A stretch of 64,000 nt of DNA from a virus (Duplodnaviria; Caudoviricetes): IMG/VR virus record IMGVR_UViG_3300020438_003185, positions 322-64,321 of that record. One strand, given 5' to 3'. The notes beneath the pieces are model-generated. The model was not told the origin of the DNA, did no database searches, and saw nothing but the letters and a program-made list of their open reading frames with translations. The translations under genes were made by a program, and so were the position numbers. The stretch's first letter is position 1. Every line of letters begins with the position of its first letter. This document shows, piece by piece, positions 8,784 through 18,927 of the stretch.

Positions 8784-10349
8784 TTGAATTGGTTTCCATT
8801 GAAGAACTTTACGCATTATAGTTTATTAAAAGGCTTTTCCAAGCCACATGAATTAGCGAAGATGTGTGCTGATAAAGACTACCCAGCTTGTGGTATTACA
8901 GATTACAAGTCTATATCTGGAGCGGTGTCTTTTCATCAAGCCTGTAAAAAAGTTGGAATCAAACCTATCATTGGCTGTTCATTTGATAGCACAACTGTAT
9001 ATGCCAAAAACAAAGATGGTTGGCACGATCTAATTCAGATGGTATCTATGACAGACGAAAATGGTAATATGCCTAAAGACATAGCCAAGGATATAATTAG
9101 TAGAAATAACTTGGTTGCATTACAGAAGTCGAAAGATAATATCAAGCCTGCGTATTACGTAAAGAAAGAGCAGTCTGTTTTACATAGGGTATTATTATGC
9201 TCTGCCCTAAAAACTACTTTGCCTAAAATCAATACTAAAATTAGAAACAATAAGTTAGAGCCAGAAATTTTAGAATATTTTCAGAAAGATGACAAGTGTG
9301 TGATAGAAGGTAAAGTTACTAAAGAATTAGAGTATATATATAATTCGTGTGAAGAGTACGACATACTTAACCCTCCTATGCTTCCAAACTTTGTATGTCC
9401 CAACGGAATGTCTCAAGAAGATTATTTAACACATATGGCAAGAACTGGTTATACAGAATTACTTAAGCCAAAAGTAGGAAAAGATAAAGACAAGCAGAAA
9501 ATATACGGAGACAGGTTTCACAAAGAATTAGAAGTTATTAGAAATGCAGATCTATTTGGATACTTTTTAATTGTACAGGATATAATTAGACACATAGAAA
9601 AGGATATGGGATGTTTAGCTGGTCCGGGCAGAGGTTCTGCTGCTGGATGTTTAATATCATATCTAGTAGGTATTACCAAGATAGATCCAGTAGAACACGA
9701 TTTATTGTTTGAAAGATTTTATAATGCAGGACGCAATACTGGAGGTAATGTTTCTCTGCCAGATATAGACATGGATGTTCCGGGCAAGAGACGGGATGAT
9801 GTTATAGATTATTTAAAAGACACATATGGACATGAGCATGTCAGTCAAATGATTACATTTGGAAGACTACAGGGGCGTAGCGCAATAAAAGAAGTTCTTA
9901 GAATAAATGAGGCTTGTTCTTTTAGTGAGATGAATGCTATAACAAAGAGTATACCTAACGAGGCAGACGTTTCCGATCAGCTTGCAGAAATGGACGATGA
10001 AGACAGGTCTATCATAAGATGGTCTTTGATTAATAGGGCAGATGATTTAAGAGATTTCTGCTATATAACAGATGATGGAAAACTTGAAGGTGATTATGCA
10101 GAATATTTTCAGCAAGCTATTGACATGGAGGGTACATTTAAGACTCAAGGTAAACATGCTGCTGGCGTAGTCATATCTAAAGACAAGTTAAAAGATGTCT
10201 GCCCCATGATACAACAGAAAGGTTCTACAGAAAAAATAGCAGGATTAGAAATGTCTGATCTAGAAGCACTAGGTCATGTAAAATTTGACGTTCTAGGAAT
10301 TAATCTTCTAGATAAACTTATGAAAATAAAGGAACTAAAAAATGGCTAA
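8784..10349 (+). CDS. dnaE: DNA polymerase III alpha, N-terminal part (reduced PHP, palm, thumb)
   Basis: THYSLLKG, IKPIIG, GPGRGSAAG, LLFERF, PDIDMD, HAAGVVI, KFDVLG; TTG start with AGGAG. Confidence 0.93.
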   Translation: MNWFPLKNFTHYSLLKGFSKPHELAKMCADKDYPACGITDYKSISGAVSFHQACKKVGIKPIIGCSFDSTTVYAKNKDGWHDLIQMVSMTDENGNMPKDIAKDIISRNNLVALQKSKDNIKPAYYVKKEQSVLHRVLLCSALKTTLPKINTKIRNNKLEPEILEYFQKDDKCVIEGKVTKELEYIYNSCEEYDILNPPMLPNFVCPNGMSQEDYLTHMARTGYTELLKPKVGKDKDKQKIYGDRFHKELEVIRNADLFGYFLIVQDIIRHIEKDMGCLAGPGRGSAAGCLISYLVGITKIDPVEHDLLFERFYNAGRNTGGNVSLPDIDMDVPGKRRDDVIDYLKDTYGHEHVSQMITFGRLQGRSAIKEVLRINEACSFSEMNAITKSIPNEADVSDQLAEMDDEDRSIIRWSLINRADDLRDFCYITDDGKLEGDYAEYFQQAIDMEGTFKTQGKHAAGVVISKDKLKDVCPMIQQKGSTEKIAGLEMSDLEALGHVKFDVLGINLLDKLMKIKELKNG

Positions 10350-11022
10350 TAGAGACTATATTGTATTTGACTTTGAAACTGGGAGTAGAAATCCTAATAA
10401 AACCCAACCTACACAAATTGCAGCAATTGCGCTAGACGGTCGTAACCTAGCTATGAAGGGGTCTTTCAACAGCGAGATTAAACCTATACTAGATGACGAC
10501 AAAGCTATAGCCGCTGGACTAGATCCAATTGAAGATGGAGCTTTAAAAGTAACTGGTAAAAATAGAAAAGACTTAGCCAAAGCTCCAGCTCTAAAATCTG
10601 TATGGAAAAAGTTTTGTTCTTTTGTAGATCAATATAATTGGAAAAAAGATCCATTCTTTAATCCTATACCAGTAGGGTTTAACATCATTGGTTTTGACAT
10701 GATTATTATTAATCGTTTGTGTAAAGAATATGGACCTTTTGACGATGGTAGGCAACAGCAAAAGATCTTTAGTAAGATTCATAAATGTGATGTCATGGAC
10801 AATATGCACATGTGGACAGAGGGTGATCCTAGCATTAGATCAATTAGTATGGACACTCTACGTGAACGTATGGGATTGTCTACAGAAAATGCACATGATG
10901 CGCTGCAAGATGTTAAGGATACAGCTAATATATTCATAAAGCTATTGAAGACTCATAGAGCAGTATATCAAAACATTGAACTGGACAAGGCGTTTGCAAA
11001 CGGAAATTTGTATGTCAAATGA
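10342..11022 (+). CDS. DEDDh 3'-5' exonuclease (DnaQ/epsilon-like)
   Basis: ExoI VFDFETG, ExoII GFNIIGFD, ExoIII HDALQD. Confidence 0.9.
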   Translation: MANRDYIVFDFETGSRNPNKTQPTQIAAIALDGRNLAMKGSFNSEIKPILDDDKAIAAGLDPIEDGALKVTGKNRKDLAKAPALKSVWKKFCSFVDQYNWKKDPFFNPIPVGFNIIGFDMIIINRLCKEYGPFDDGRQQQKIFSKIHKCDVMDNMHMWTEGDPSIRSISMDTLRERMGLSTENAHDALQDVKDTANIFIKLLKTHRAVYQNIELDKAFANGNLYVK

Positions 11023-12577
11023 ATATGACGATAAAGAAACTTGGAAGCTATTTGAAGAAGGTAAAACCAAGGGTGTCTTCCAGCTAGAAAGCAACCTTGG
11101 TAAGTCTTGGTCAAAAAAACTTTCTCCTCATAATATTGAAGAGTTGTCTGCACTCATCGCTATTATTAGACCGGGATGCTTAAAAGCTTTGGTAGATGGT
11201 AAATCTATGACCCAGCACTTTATTGACAGAAAGCACGGAAGAGAAGAGGTTACATACCTGCATGAATCTTTAGAAGAGATTTTACTGCCCACATACGGAG
11301 TACTCGTATACCAAGAACAGTCTATGCGTATTGCACAAAAGGTGGCAGGATTTAACCTACAGGAAGCAGATGAGCTACGTAAAGCAATTGGCAAGAAAAA
11401 AGCGGACTTGATGGCTAAGGTTAAGACTAATTTTATCAAAGGTGTTAAAAAGGTAGGAATGGTTGATAAAGAAACAGGAGAAGAAATATTTAGTTGGATT
11501 GAAAAATCTTCTAGATATGCATTTAATAAGTCACATAGTATATCATATGCTGTATGTTCTTATTGGAGCGCTTACCAAAAGGCTCATAATACTAAAGAAT
11601 TTTTCTTATCTTATCTATATTATGCTAACGAAAAACAAGATCCCCACCAAGAAATATACGAATTAATTTCTGAAGCCAAGCTATTCGATATAGAACCAAG
11701 AACACCAAGCGTTGCAAACTTTGACGTAAAGTTTAATATAAAGAAAAACAAGGTGTACTTTGGTATTAAAGATATCAAATCTCTCACTGGTAAAACAGGG
11801 GACAAAGTGATAGATGCTATATCAGAAGCGGAAACTGAACTAAAGAAAAAGATAAATAAGTTTAATTGGATTGAAATATTATTATTTTTCGCACCAAAGA
11901 TGAGTTCTACCGCCTTCAAAGCTTTAGCATCTATAGGATTCTTTAGAGATTTTAACGGTAAGGTTTCTAGGAATAAAGCAATATATGATTATGATATATA
12001 TAGGACGCTGACTAAGGCAGAGCAAAGCTGGATACAAAAAAAATATGAATCTAAAAAGTGGACAGACTTTATTGACTGCCTAAAAGATCTCTCGCCTACA
12101 AAAAAGAATGGCGGCGGTACAAGCAGGGTAGAAAGGCAGCAAATTGTTGAAAATGAAATACAACTCTTGGCAAACCCACCGTATGATTTAAATGATGATC
12201 CATCTTGGATTATAGATCAAGAGACTAGGTATTTGGGATGTCCTATAACAATGTCCAAGATAGATACAGCTGATAAGTCCTCTGCCAATACTACATGTAA
12301 AGATATAGTCAATGGCAAGAACGGTAAAGGCATATGCGTGGTAGCAAATATACAACGCATGGCAGATTACACAATCAAAAAGGGCGACTCAAAGGGACAG
12401 GCCATGTCTTTTCTGACAATAGAAGATGACACATGTGTGCTAGACAGTGTGGTTATATTCCCCAAGGTTAAGCAAAAATACAAGTATGTATTATACGAAG
12501 GAAATAATCTTATGTTTTGCGGATCTGTAGGTAAAAAAGACTCTTCTTTGATTGTAGATAAAGTTCATGAAATTTAA
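11012..12577 (+). CDS. dnaE: DNA polymerase III alpha, C-terminal part (fingers, HhH, OB)
   Basis: GVFQLES, IRPG, TYGVLVYQEQ, ADELRKAIGKK, YAFNKSH, OB fold with MSFLTIEDDT. Start placed at ATG 11012 (MSNEYDD); the track uses TTG 10976. Confidence 0.93.
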   Translation: MSNEYDDKETWKLFEEGKTKGVFQLESNLGKSWSKKLSPHNIEELSALIAIIRPGCLKALVDGKSMTQHFIDRKHGREEVTYLHESLEEILLPTYGVLVYQEQSMRIAQKVAGFNLQEADELRKAIGKKKADLMAKVKTNFIKGVKKVGMVDKETGEEIFSWIEKSSRYAFNKSHSISYAVCSYWSAYQKAHNTKEFFLSYLYYANEKQDPHQEIYELISEAKLFDIEPRTPSVANFDVKFNIKKNKVYFGIKDIKSLTGKTGDKVIDAISEAETELKKKINKFNWIEILLFFAPKMSSTAFKALASIGFFRDFNGKVSRNKAIYDYDIYRTLTKAEQSWIQKKYESKKWTDFIDCLKDLSPTKKNGGGTSRVERQQIVENEIQLLANPPYDLNDDPSWIIDQETRYLGCPITMSKIDTADKSSANTTCKDIVNGKNGKGICVVANIQRMADYTIKKGDSKGQAMSFLTIEDDTCVLDSVVIFPKVKQKYKYVLYEGNNLMFCGSVGKKDSSLIVDKVHEI

Positions 12578-12581
12578 GTTG

Positions 12582-12610
12582 TTGTTTATAGTTGTACAAG
12601 CTAATATACT
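12582..12610 (+). promoter_or_regulatory. Sigma70-like promoter upstream of ssb and the glycosylation genes
   Basis: TTGTTT-N17-TATACT in the intergenic gap, TTGTACAA palindrome in the spacer, AGGAG RBS downstream. Confidence 0.45.
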
Positions 12611-12625
12611 AAGATAGGAGAAAAT

Positions 12626-12931
12626 ATGAATAATTGTTGTTTTACAGGATACTTTACAGAAAACCCACAGACCTCTGTGGTAGACAATGTAGTATTAGCA
12701 GAGTTCGTTATAGTTACTTATAGCTATAGAAAAACAAAAAGTACTGGGGAAAAAAGTAAAATGCCAACGTACTTACACTGTGAAGCATGGCACACGGGTG
12801 CAGAAACGCTAGAAAGATTTGCTACAAAAGGCACGAAGATAACATTTAATGCTACTGCTAAAAATATATCAAGAGACGACGAGAGTATAGTATTTAGAAT
12901 AAACGAATTCGATTTGTGCATGGAGGAATAG
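12626..12931 (+). CDS. ssb: Single-stranded DNA-binding protein (short OB fold)
   Basis: MNNCCFTG....P N-terminus, YLHCEAW..AE.....KG; no long acidic tail. Confidence 0.8.
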   Translation: MNNCCFTGYFTENPQTSVVDNVVLAEFVIVTYSYRKTKSTGEKSKMPTYLHCEAWHTGAETLERFATKGTKITFNATAKNISRDDESIVFRINEFDLCMEE

Positions 12932-12932
12932 G

Positions 12933-14588
12933 ATGAGAAAAAAAAGAATATTGTTTTGTAGTGAAGCAACTTTTTTAAATACAGGTTACGCCACGTATAC
13001 AAGAGAAATACTAAACTATTTAAGTAGCACAAACAAGTATGAAATAGCAGAACTGGCAGCTTATGGTCAACCAGATGACCCTAGAATATCAACAATACCT
13101 TGGAAATTTTATCCAGCAGCACTGCCAAAAAATTCTAGTCAGGAGCAACAACGAGCATTTGCTTCTAAAGCTACAAATCAATTTGGAGAATATGTATTTG
13201 AAAGCGTTTGCTTAGACTTTATGCCAGATATAGTTTGTGACATTAGAGATTTCTGGATGATGGATTTTATTGATAGATCTCCCTATAGAAAATTCTTTAA
13301 TTGGTGCATCATGCCAACCGTTGACGCAGAGCCTCAAGCTAGGCAGTGGATAGCTACTTATGAAACAGCGGATGCTTGTCTTAGTTATTCTAATTGGTCT
13401 GGAGATTTACTTCAGAAACAGTCTGGTAACAAAATTAATTACATCGGCTCTGCTCCTCCCTCTGCACATCCAGCGTATCGACCTGCTGATAATATTGATG
13501 AAATTAAAAATAGCATTGGCATAGATAAAAATTGGAAGATTGTTGGAACGGTTATGAGAAATCAACGTAGAAAATTATATCCAGATTTGTTTGAAGCATT
13601 TAAATTACTTTTAGAAAAAACTAAAGATCCTGACCTTAAATTATATTGTCACACCAGTTATCCAGACATGGGTTGGGATGTACCTGAATTGTTACAACAA
13701 TATAAGTTGTCTTCTAAAGTATTATTTACATACGTCTGCACTGAAACCAACATGCCCTTTGCTTCTTTGTTTAAGGGGGCAAAAGCAGAATCTCCATACA
13801 CTAAAAAACTTACAGGAGTTATGGCAAATGTAAAACAAGGTTTAACTTACGAGCAGTTGTCTGATATAATTAATACTTTTGATGTATACGTTCAATATGC
13901 AAACTCAGAGGGGTTTGGTCTGCCACAGGTAGAAGCTGCTGCCTGTGCAGTTCCAGTGATGAGCGTGGATTATTCTGCAATGTCAAGCGTTATAAGACAA
14001 CTGGGAGGCACTCCACTTCCTGTCAAAACGTTCTATAAAGAATTAGAAACTGGATGTCTTAGAGCAGTTCCAGACAATGATGCTACAGCAAGTTTGCTTC
14101 AAGAATTTTTTAAGATACCTAAAACAATGAGAAATAAAAAAGGTTTTGAATGTAGAAATAATTTTTTAAAACATTTTCAGTGGGATAAAAGTGGCGCTGA
14201 ATGGGAAAAATATTTTGATAGCGTAGAGTTAAGGGATGTGTCAGAAACTTGGAAGTCTCCACCCGACATACAGCAATCAGCACCTAAACCCGATAAGACT
14301 CCTGAAGTATCTTATCAAGAGATAGCATATTTTTTAATAAATCAAGTGTTAAAACTACCAGAAAAATGCAATGAATATATGTTTTCTAGAACAATAAGAG
14401 ATCTCATGTATGGTAATGTTACAAATATGACAGGGGGTATGTATATGAACGAGTGCGCTACAGCGTTTGAAAACACGCCTCATAGATATCCTTTTAATTT
14501 TGATATAGCTTATCAAAAGATGAAAGACATAAGAGACAATATAAATCAATGGGAACAACGTAGAATGGAGGTTATGAGTAACAGATGA
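12933..14588 (+). CDS. Glycosyltransferase family 4 (GT-B)
   Basis: TGYA, VMRNQRRK, EGFGLPQVEAAAC (EX7E), FQWD. Confidence 0.9.
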   Translation: MRKKRILFCSEATFLNTGYATYTREILNYLSSTNKYEIAELAAYGQPDDPRISTIPWKFYPAALPKNSSQEQQRAFASKATNQFGEYVFESVCLDFMPDIVCDIRDFWMMDFIDRSPYRKFFNWCIMPTVDAEPQARQWIATYETADACLSYSNWSGDLLQKQSGNKINYIGSAPPSAHPAYRPADNIDEIKNSIGIDKNWKIVGTVMRNQRRKLYPDLFEAFKLLLEKTKDPDLKLYCHTSYPDMGWDVPELLQQYKLSSKVLFTYVCTETNMPFASLFKGAKAESPYTKKLTGVMANVKQGLTYEQLSDIINTFDVYVQYANSEGFGLPQVEAAACAVPVMSVDYSAMSSVIRQLGGTPLPVKTFYKELETGCLRAVPDNDATASLLQEFFKIPKTMRNKKGFECRNNFLKHFQWDKSGAEWEKYFDSVELRDVSETWKSPPDIQQSAPKPDKTPEVSYQEIAYFLINQVLKLPEKCNEYMFSRTIRDLMYGNVTNMTGGMYMNECATAFENTPHRYPFNFDIAYQKMKDIRDNINQWEQRRMEVMSNR

Positions 14589-15694
14589 AAATTCTTTATA
14601 TAGCTCATTTTAGTGAAAATTCTAACTGGTCGGTATCTGCAATTCACAAAGTTCTTGCTTTGGTAAATAACGGTTTTGAAGTAGTGTGTAGAAACGCAAG
14701 ATTAAATGATGTATCACAAGTAGAATTGCCACCTCAAATACAAGATTGCTTAAAAAAAGATTTAAATAATATTGATGTGTGCATACAGCATGTGTTACCA
14801 ACAATGATAGTAGGAAGCAAAAAATTCAAGAAAAATATTGCATGTGTACATTTAGACACAGAGATTAACCAAGATCACTGTTGGATACACAACCTAAGCA
14901 TGGTCGATGAAGTGTGGGTTAACAACAAGGATAGCCTATCCAATCTGTTAGACCTGAATATAAATGCTAAGTATATTCCTAATTGTTTCCACATTGATAC
15001 TTATAAAAATCAATATAAACTCCTAGACTTTGGAGATATGAATAATAAGTTTAAATTTTATACAGTGTCTTCCGTAGGCGAAAAAAACAATTTAAATTCT
15101 GTTATTAGGTCATATTTTAGCACTTTTGATGTATCGGATAACGTATGTTTTATTTTTAACATCTATGACCATTCTAATAATGAGGACTCAATTAAAAATT
15201 ATTTTTCAGACTACATAAAGAAAAATAAAGAAATTATGAGAATTGGTAACGATGCTTATTTTCCTCCAGTGTTTCTTATTACGAGACCTTTGAATCCTAT
15301 GGAATTACAGAGTTTGCACACGACTTGTGATTGTTACGTAGAGTTAAGTAAGAGTGTTGATTTCTCTACTCCAGCTTTCGAGGCGATGTGTTATGGAAAA
15401 ACTCCTGTATGTAGCAATAATGGTAGCTACAAAGATTACATATCAGAAGATAAAAACTCTGGAACACTAATAAACGGTGTTAAGAATATATGTTTTGATC
15501 ATAGTCCTCCTTCTCCGCATTTGTTTACTGGAAAAGAATTATGGTTTTCATCAGACGAGAAAGAATCTAAACAAGCAATGGCTTGGTATTATGAAAATAG
15601 TAAGTCTATAGACAGGAACGTTGGAATACAAAACGCACAGAACTTTGACTACAAAGTAGTCGCTGAAAAGATGAAGGAAAGCTTTAATGAATAA
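14585..15694 (+). CDS. GT-B/GT4-like glycosyltransferase (divergent)
   Basis: MKILYI, DEVWV, CDCYV.LSKSVDFSTPAFEAMCYGKTPV; the first Glu of EX7E is not conserved. Confidence 0.78.
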   Translation: MKILYIAHFSENSNWSVSAIHKVLALVNNGFEVVCRNARLNDVSQVELPPQIQDCLKKDLNNIDVCIQHVLPTMIVGSKKFKKNIACVHLDTEINQDHCWIHNLSMVDEVWVNNKDSLSNLLDLNINAKYIPNCFHIDTYKNQYKLLDFGDMNNKFKFYTVSSVGEKNNLNSVIRSYFSTFDVSDNVCFIFNIYDHSNNEDSIKNYFSDYIKKNKEIMRIGNDAYFPPVFLITRPLNPMELQSLHTTCDCYVELSKSVDFSTPAFEAMCYGKTPVCSNNGSYKDYISEDKNSGTLINGVKNICFDHSPPSPHLFTGKELWFSSDEKESKQAMAWYYENSKSIDRNVGIQNAQNFDYKVVAEKMKESFNE

Positions 15695-16211
15695 AATAAA
15701 AAGTTGGATCGAAAAAAGCAACAGAAAAAAAAGCAAGTGCAACTGTATAATTTTTACAACAAACGAAGACTATGAAGTTAAGCTTGCTAAAACTGGACAT
15801 AATTTCTACGCCTTTAGTTCAGAAGAGTTGAAATCTTGGGACGATGAAGAACACAAAAGGCCAGATAACTATTTTGTATTGCCAAAAAACGAGATACCTA
15901 TATGGTTAAATTTTGATGTTATTATAGTTCAACACAAGATAGGTCAATATAGTAAGGGTAAGCAAATATCAGACTTGTTAAAGATACCCATGATTGTTGT
16001 AGAACATTCAATGCCTAGAGTGATTAGCAAAATGGAGCAACAGATAGACCAGCTAAAATCTATGCGAGGACATTTAAATATATTTACTAGCTCAGAATCC
16101 GCAGATGCTTGGGGGATAGAAGATAGCTATGTAATTAACAGCGATCCCGAAGAAGACTTTATCACACAATGGACAGTATTATTGGAACAATTTTATGAAA
16201 GGTTAACATGA
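15687..16211 (+). CDS. GT-B N-terminal-domain-like protein (apparently lacking the C-domain)
   Basis: FDVIIVQH, IPMIVVEH, NIFTS...W, followed directly by a terminal F..QW helix. Confidence 0.55.
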   Translation: MNKIKSWIEKSNRKKSKCNCIIFTTNEDYEVKLAKTGHNFYAFSSEELKSWDDEEHKRPDNYFVLPKNEIPIWLNFDVIIVQHKIGQYSKGKQISDLLKIPMIVVEHSMPRVISKMEQQIDQLKSMRGHLNIFTSSESADAWGIEDSYVINSDPEEDFITQWTVLLEQFYERLT

Positions 16212-16630
16212 ATCTACAAATTTTAGCAGACACAAAAGATTCCATAGAAGGATTCAATGTAGCACAGGTAGTTAACGGTGAGTGCAAAGATATCTTTAAT
16301 GTTATAGATAGTTCTTGTGAATCAGTAATTTTAGATGGCGCTATGGATCATTTAGAATACGATAAAGCGATTGAGTTGCTACATCAATCAATTAAAAAGG
16401 TAAGACTGCAAGGTAGTTTTGTTATACGAGGCGTTTGTCTCGAAAAAATGTATAGAGATTATGAATCTGAACAAACAAATATTGGGGTTATAAATTCAGT
16501 AATTAAAGATATAAAATCAATACAAAGTTATAAAGATATTGTAGCTTTATTATCTTCTTCTAAATTCACAATCGACACAATTTCTTTTTCTAATTTTTTC
16601 TATGAAGTTAAATGTTCAAGGATGGACTAA
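16208..16630 (+). CDS. Degenerate class I methyltransferase-like protein
   Basis: SCESVI...MDHL...LL....KKVRLQG.FVI resembles MTase motifs IV-VI; no GxG motif I. Confidence 0.5.
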   Translation: MNLQILADTKDSIEGFNVAQVVNGECKDIFNVIDSSCESVILDGAMDHLEYDKAIELLHQSIKKVRLQGSFVIRGVCLEKMYRDYESEQTNIGVINSVIKDIKSIQSYKDIVALLSSSKFTIDTISFSNFFYEVKCSRMD

Positions 16631-17367
16631 TGGCAAAAAGATTAAATCAAAGAGTAAAAATAGAAAAAAGACTTGTGAGCTTTGCTATACTCTATGATCA
16701 ACAATCAAGTAAAAGTAAAAACCAGCAGCTACAAATAGCTATGGTGGATCATCAATTAAAACTGTTGGACAAACAAATAAATTCTATAAATAAAAAGTAT
16801 GCAAAAAATGAGATTGTCATATGCGTAGGTTATCAATCTCACATAGTAATTAATCATTTGCATAAAAATCATAACGGTAAAAATATTAGAATTGTAGAAA
16901 ACCCAAATTATCTTGATAGTAATAGCTGCGAAAGTCTTCGCATAATAATGAACAATATACATAATAATAGGATTATAATTATAGATGGATCTATGTCAGT
17001 ACCAGAAAGAGTTTATAACAAGTTAACATTAGAGGGATGTCACGTTGTAGTGTCTAAAGAAAAAAATGATAATGCCAACATAGGAGCTAATATATCTAGC
17101 GAAGATAGGATAGAGTATCTGTCTTATGGGGGATGTCAAGAATGTAAAAATATATTGGTTTTATGCAACCCAAGAGCTATACATTATATAAAAAAAGTTA
17201 TGGCTACAGGAGAATATAAAAACAAATTTATATTTGAAATACTAAATGAATTAATAAGTTTAAAATATATAATCAAAGCAATACAGGTTAAGGACAAGAT
17301 TAGCCAGATATCAAACATGAAATTTATGAAAAGCAGAGGAAAGAAATATGAGATTTATAATAGATAA
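16630..17367 (+). CDS. Nucleotidyltransferase-like protein (LicC/NTP_transferase fold), degenerate
   Basis: EIVICVGYQ, IVENPNY..SNS.ESL, IIIDG; the LAAGxGxR loop is missing. Start at the TAATG overlap (16630). Confidence 0.65.
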   Translation: MAKRLNQRVKIEKRLVSFAILYDQQSSKSKNQQLQIAMVDHQLKLLDKQINSINKKYAKNEIVICVGYQSHIVINHLHKNHNGKNIRIVENPNYLDSNSCESLRIIMNNIHNNRIIIIDGSMSVPERVYNKLTLEGCHVVVSKEKNDNANIGANISSEDRIEYLSYGGCQECKNILVLCNPRAIHYIKKVMATGEYKNKFIFEILNELISLKYIIKAIQVKDKISQISNMKFMKSRGKKYEIYNR

Positions 17368-18202
17368 CTACACAACAGCATCAAGCTCTCAAGCTTTATA
17401 CTTTGCTGAACACTTAAATGAGATGGAAGAACATGAAGTACGCATGTTAAAGCAAGGACAGGAAAGTATATTTGACGCTTTTGATAGATTCAAACCAGAC
17501 TTTTATATAACTTCTACAGGCTTATTGTCTAAAGACGCTGTAGTTTATATTAGTCAAAGTAAAAATATTAAACTTATTATTTCTACTAACGATGCTAACA
17601 ATAGCGATGTAGTCGAAATAGAATCCGCTCTTTTAGATAGTAAGATTAATTGTCCCTTTTTTATCAGTAATTTGCGTGACGAAAAAAAGCCTATGACTAA
17701 AAAGACAAAGGTTATAAGGTTTATGGAATGTGTTGATCTCAATTTTGACGCAGATGTAGGGGTAGATTATTCTATTGATAAACTAGTTATGGTTGGTTCT
17801 AATACTGATAGCGTGAGAAACTATAACGGAACGTTTCATGTGGCAAGCCACAACCAAGACATGGCTAAAGTAGTCGATGTGTGCTTGCCTATAAATCTTA
17901 TGGTTTCCATAATTAGTAAATACAAAGAAGTAATCTTTCAAGAAATAGGTGATTACCTACCTCAATTATTTTTTCACTCTATAGCATCTGGCATACCAAC
18001 GTATTATGACTTAGAGGATAAAGAGAGATCAGATATAGTAGACACCATGTGTGACAAGGTTTTTGGAGTCGGAAATAAACTTAACTATACATCTTCAGAT
18101 AAAATAACAGATTTCGACAGTCTTAAAGAATTAGTGTTAGAAAAACACACTTCTACAAGAAGAGTCAAGTCTTTACTGTCTCAACTACCTACTAAAAAAT
18201 GA
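17348..18202 (+). CDS. Hypothetical protein, possibly a degenerate GT-B
   Basis: FDRFKPDFYI and a terminal HTS..RV..LL resembling CgeB-type GT ends; operon context. Confidence 0.55.
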   Translation: MRFIIDNYTTASSSQALYFAEHLNEMEEHEVRMLKQGQESIFDAFDRFKPDFYITSTGLLSKDAVVYISQSKNIKLIISTNDANNSDVVEIESALLDSKINCPFFISNLRDEKKPMTKKTKVIRFMECVDLNFDADVGVDYSIDKLVMVGSNTDSVRNYNGTFHVASHNQDMAKVVDVCLPINLMVSIISKYKEVIFQEIGDYLPQLFFHSIASGIPTYYDLEDKERSDIVDTMCDKVFGVGNKLNYTSSDKITDFDSLKELVLEKHTSTRRVKSLLSQLPTKK

Positions 18203-18927
18203 ATCAATTAAATAACATAACAATCGTTTCAATTTGTCACAACGATAAATTTAAATCAACCATACAAGCTATGGATTATTCTATGTCACAAATAGGCTTT
18301 GTAAAAAGTCTAATAATTACAGAAGATAAACTAGAACCAGCTTACCGCAGGATGTTAAGCCATAAATTATATCCAGATATTAATGTAAAAACAATCAATA
18401 AGACCATTGACTTAAGAGAATACAATAGAATGTGCATAGAAGATTTACACTCTTATATTGATACAGAATATTGCTTACTAATACAATGGGATGGGTTTGT
18501 AATAGATGCAAATAGATGGCAGGATAAATTTTTAGAATATGACTATGTAGGCGCACCTTGGAATGTTCCAAAAGGAGCAAGAAACAATATAGGGAATGGT
18601 GGGTTTTCACTGAGAAGTAAAAAGTTTTTAGAAGTAAGCTCACAATTACGATACGATCCAGACAACTGTGAATGGCTACACCCAAGTCAAAAATTAGCGC
18701 TACCTATAGCTCCAGAAGATTGGTATATGTGTTACAGTAATTACTCACACTTCGATAAAAATGAAATAAAATTTCCAGATACAAAAACAGCATACAGTTT
18801 TTCTGTAGAACACTCATCATCAATAAAACCTTACAATCCCTTTGATATAAAGACATATAAATCTTTTGGCTTTCACGGAGATTTTAACGAAGCAGGAATG
18901 GAGAAATTAATTGTTAGACAAGAATAA
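18199..18927 (+). CDS. DUF5672-family putative glycosyltransferase
   Basis: TEYCLLIQWDG, FLEYDYVGAPW, GNGGFSLRS, PED, FGFH. Confidence 0.85.
   Translation: MNQLNNITIVSICHNDKFKSTIQAMDYSMSQIGFVKSLIITEDKLEPAYRRMLSHKLYPDINVKTINKTIDLREYNRMCIEDLHSYIDTEYCLLIQWDGFVIDANRWQDKFLEYDYVGAPWNVPKGARNNIGNGGFSLRSKKFLEVSSQLRYDPDNCEWLHPSQKLALPIAPEDWYMCYSNYSHFDKNEIKFPDTKTAYSFSVEHSSSIKPYNPFDIKTYKSFGFHGDFNEAGMEKLIVRQE

Noticed and set aside
10300-11060. Split intein or intron in dnaE
   Set aside because: No Cys/Ser-initiated intein N-block or HN-C/S/T end, no non-coding space for an intron, and the intervening gene is a DEDDh exonuclease rather than a homing endonuclease.
8784-12577. dnaE as a pseudogene
   Set aside because: Both halves keep their catalytic and structural motifs, are long open frames, and are coupled via the exonuclease gene.
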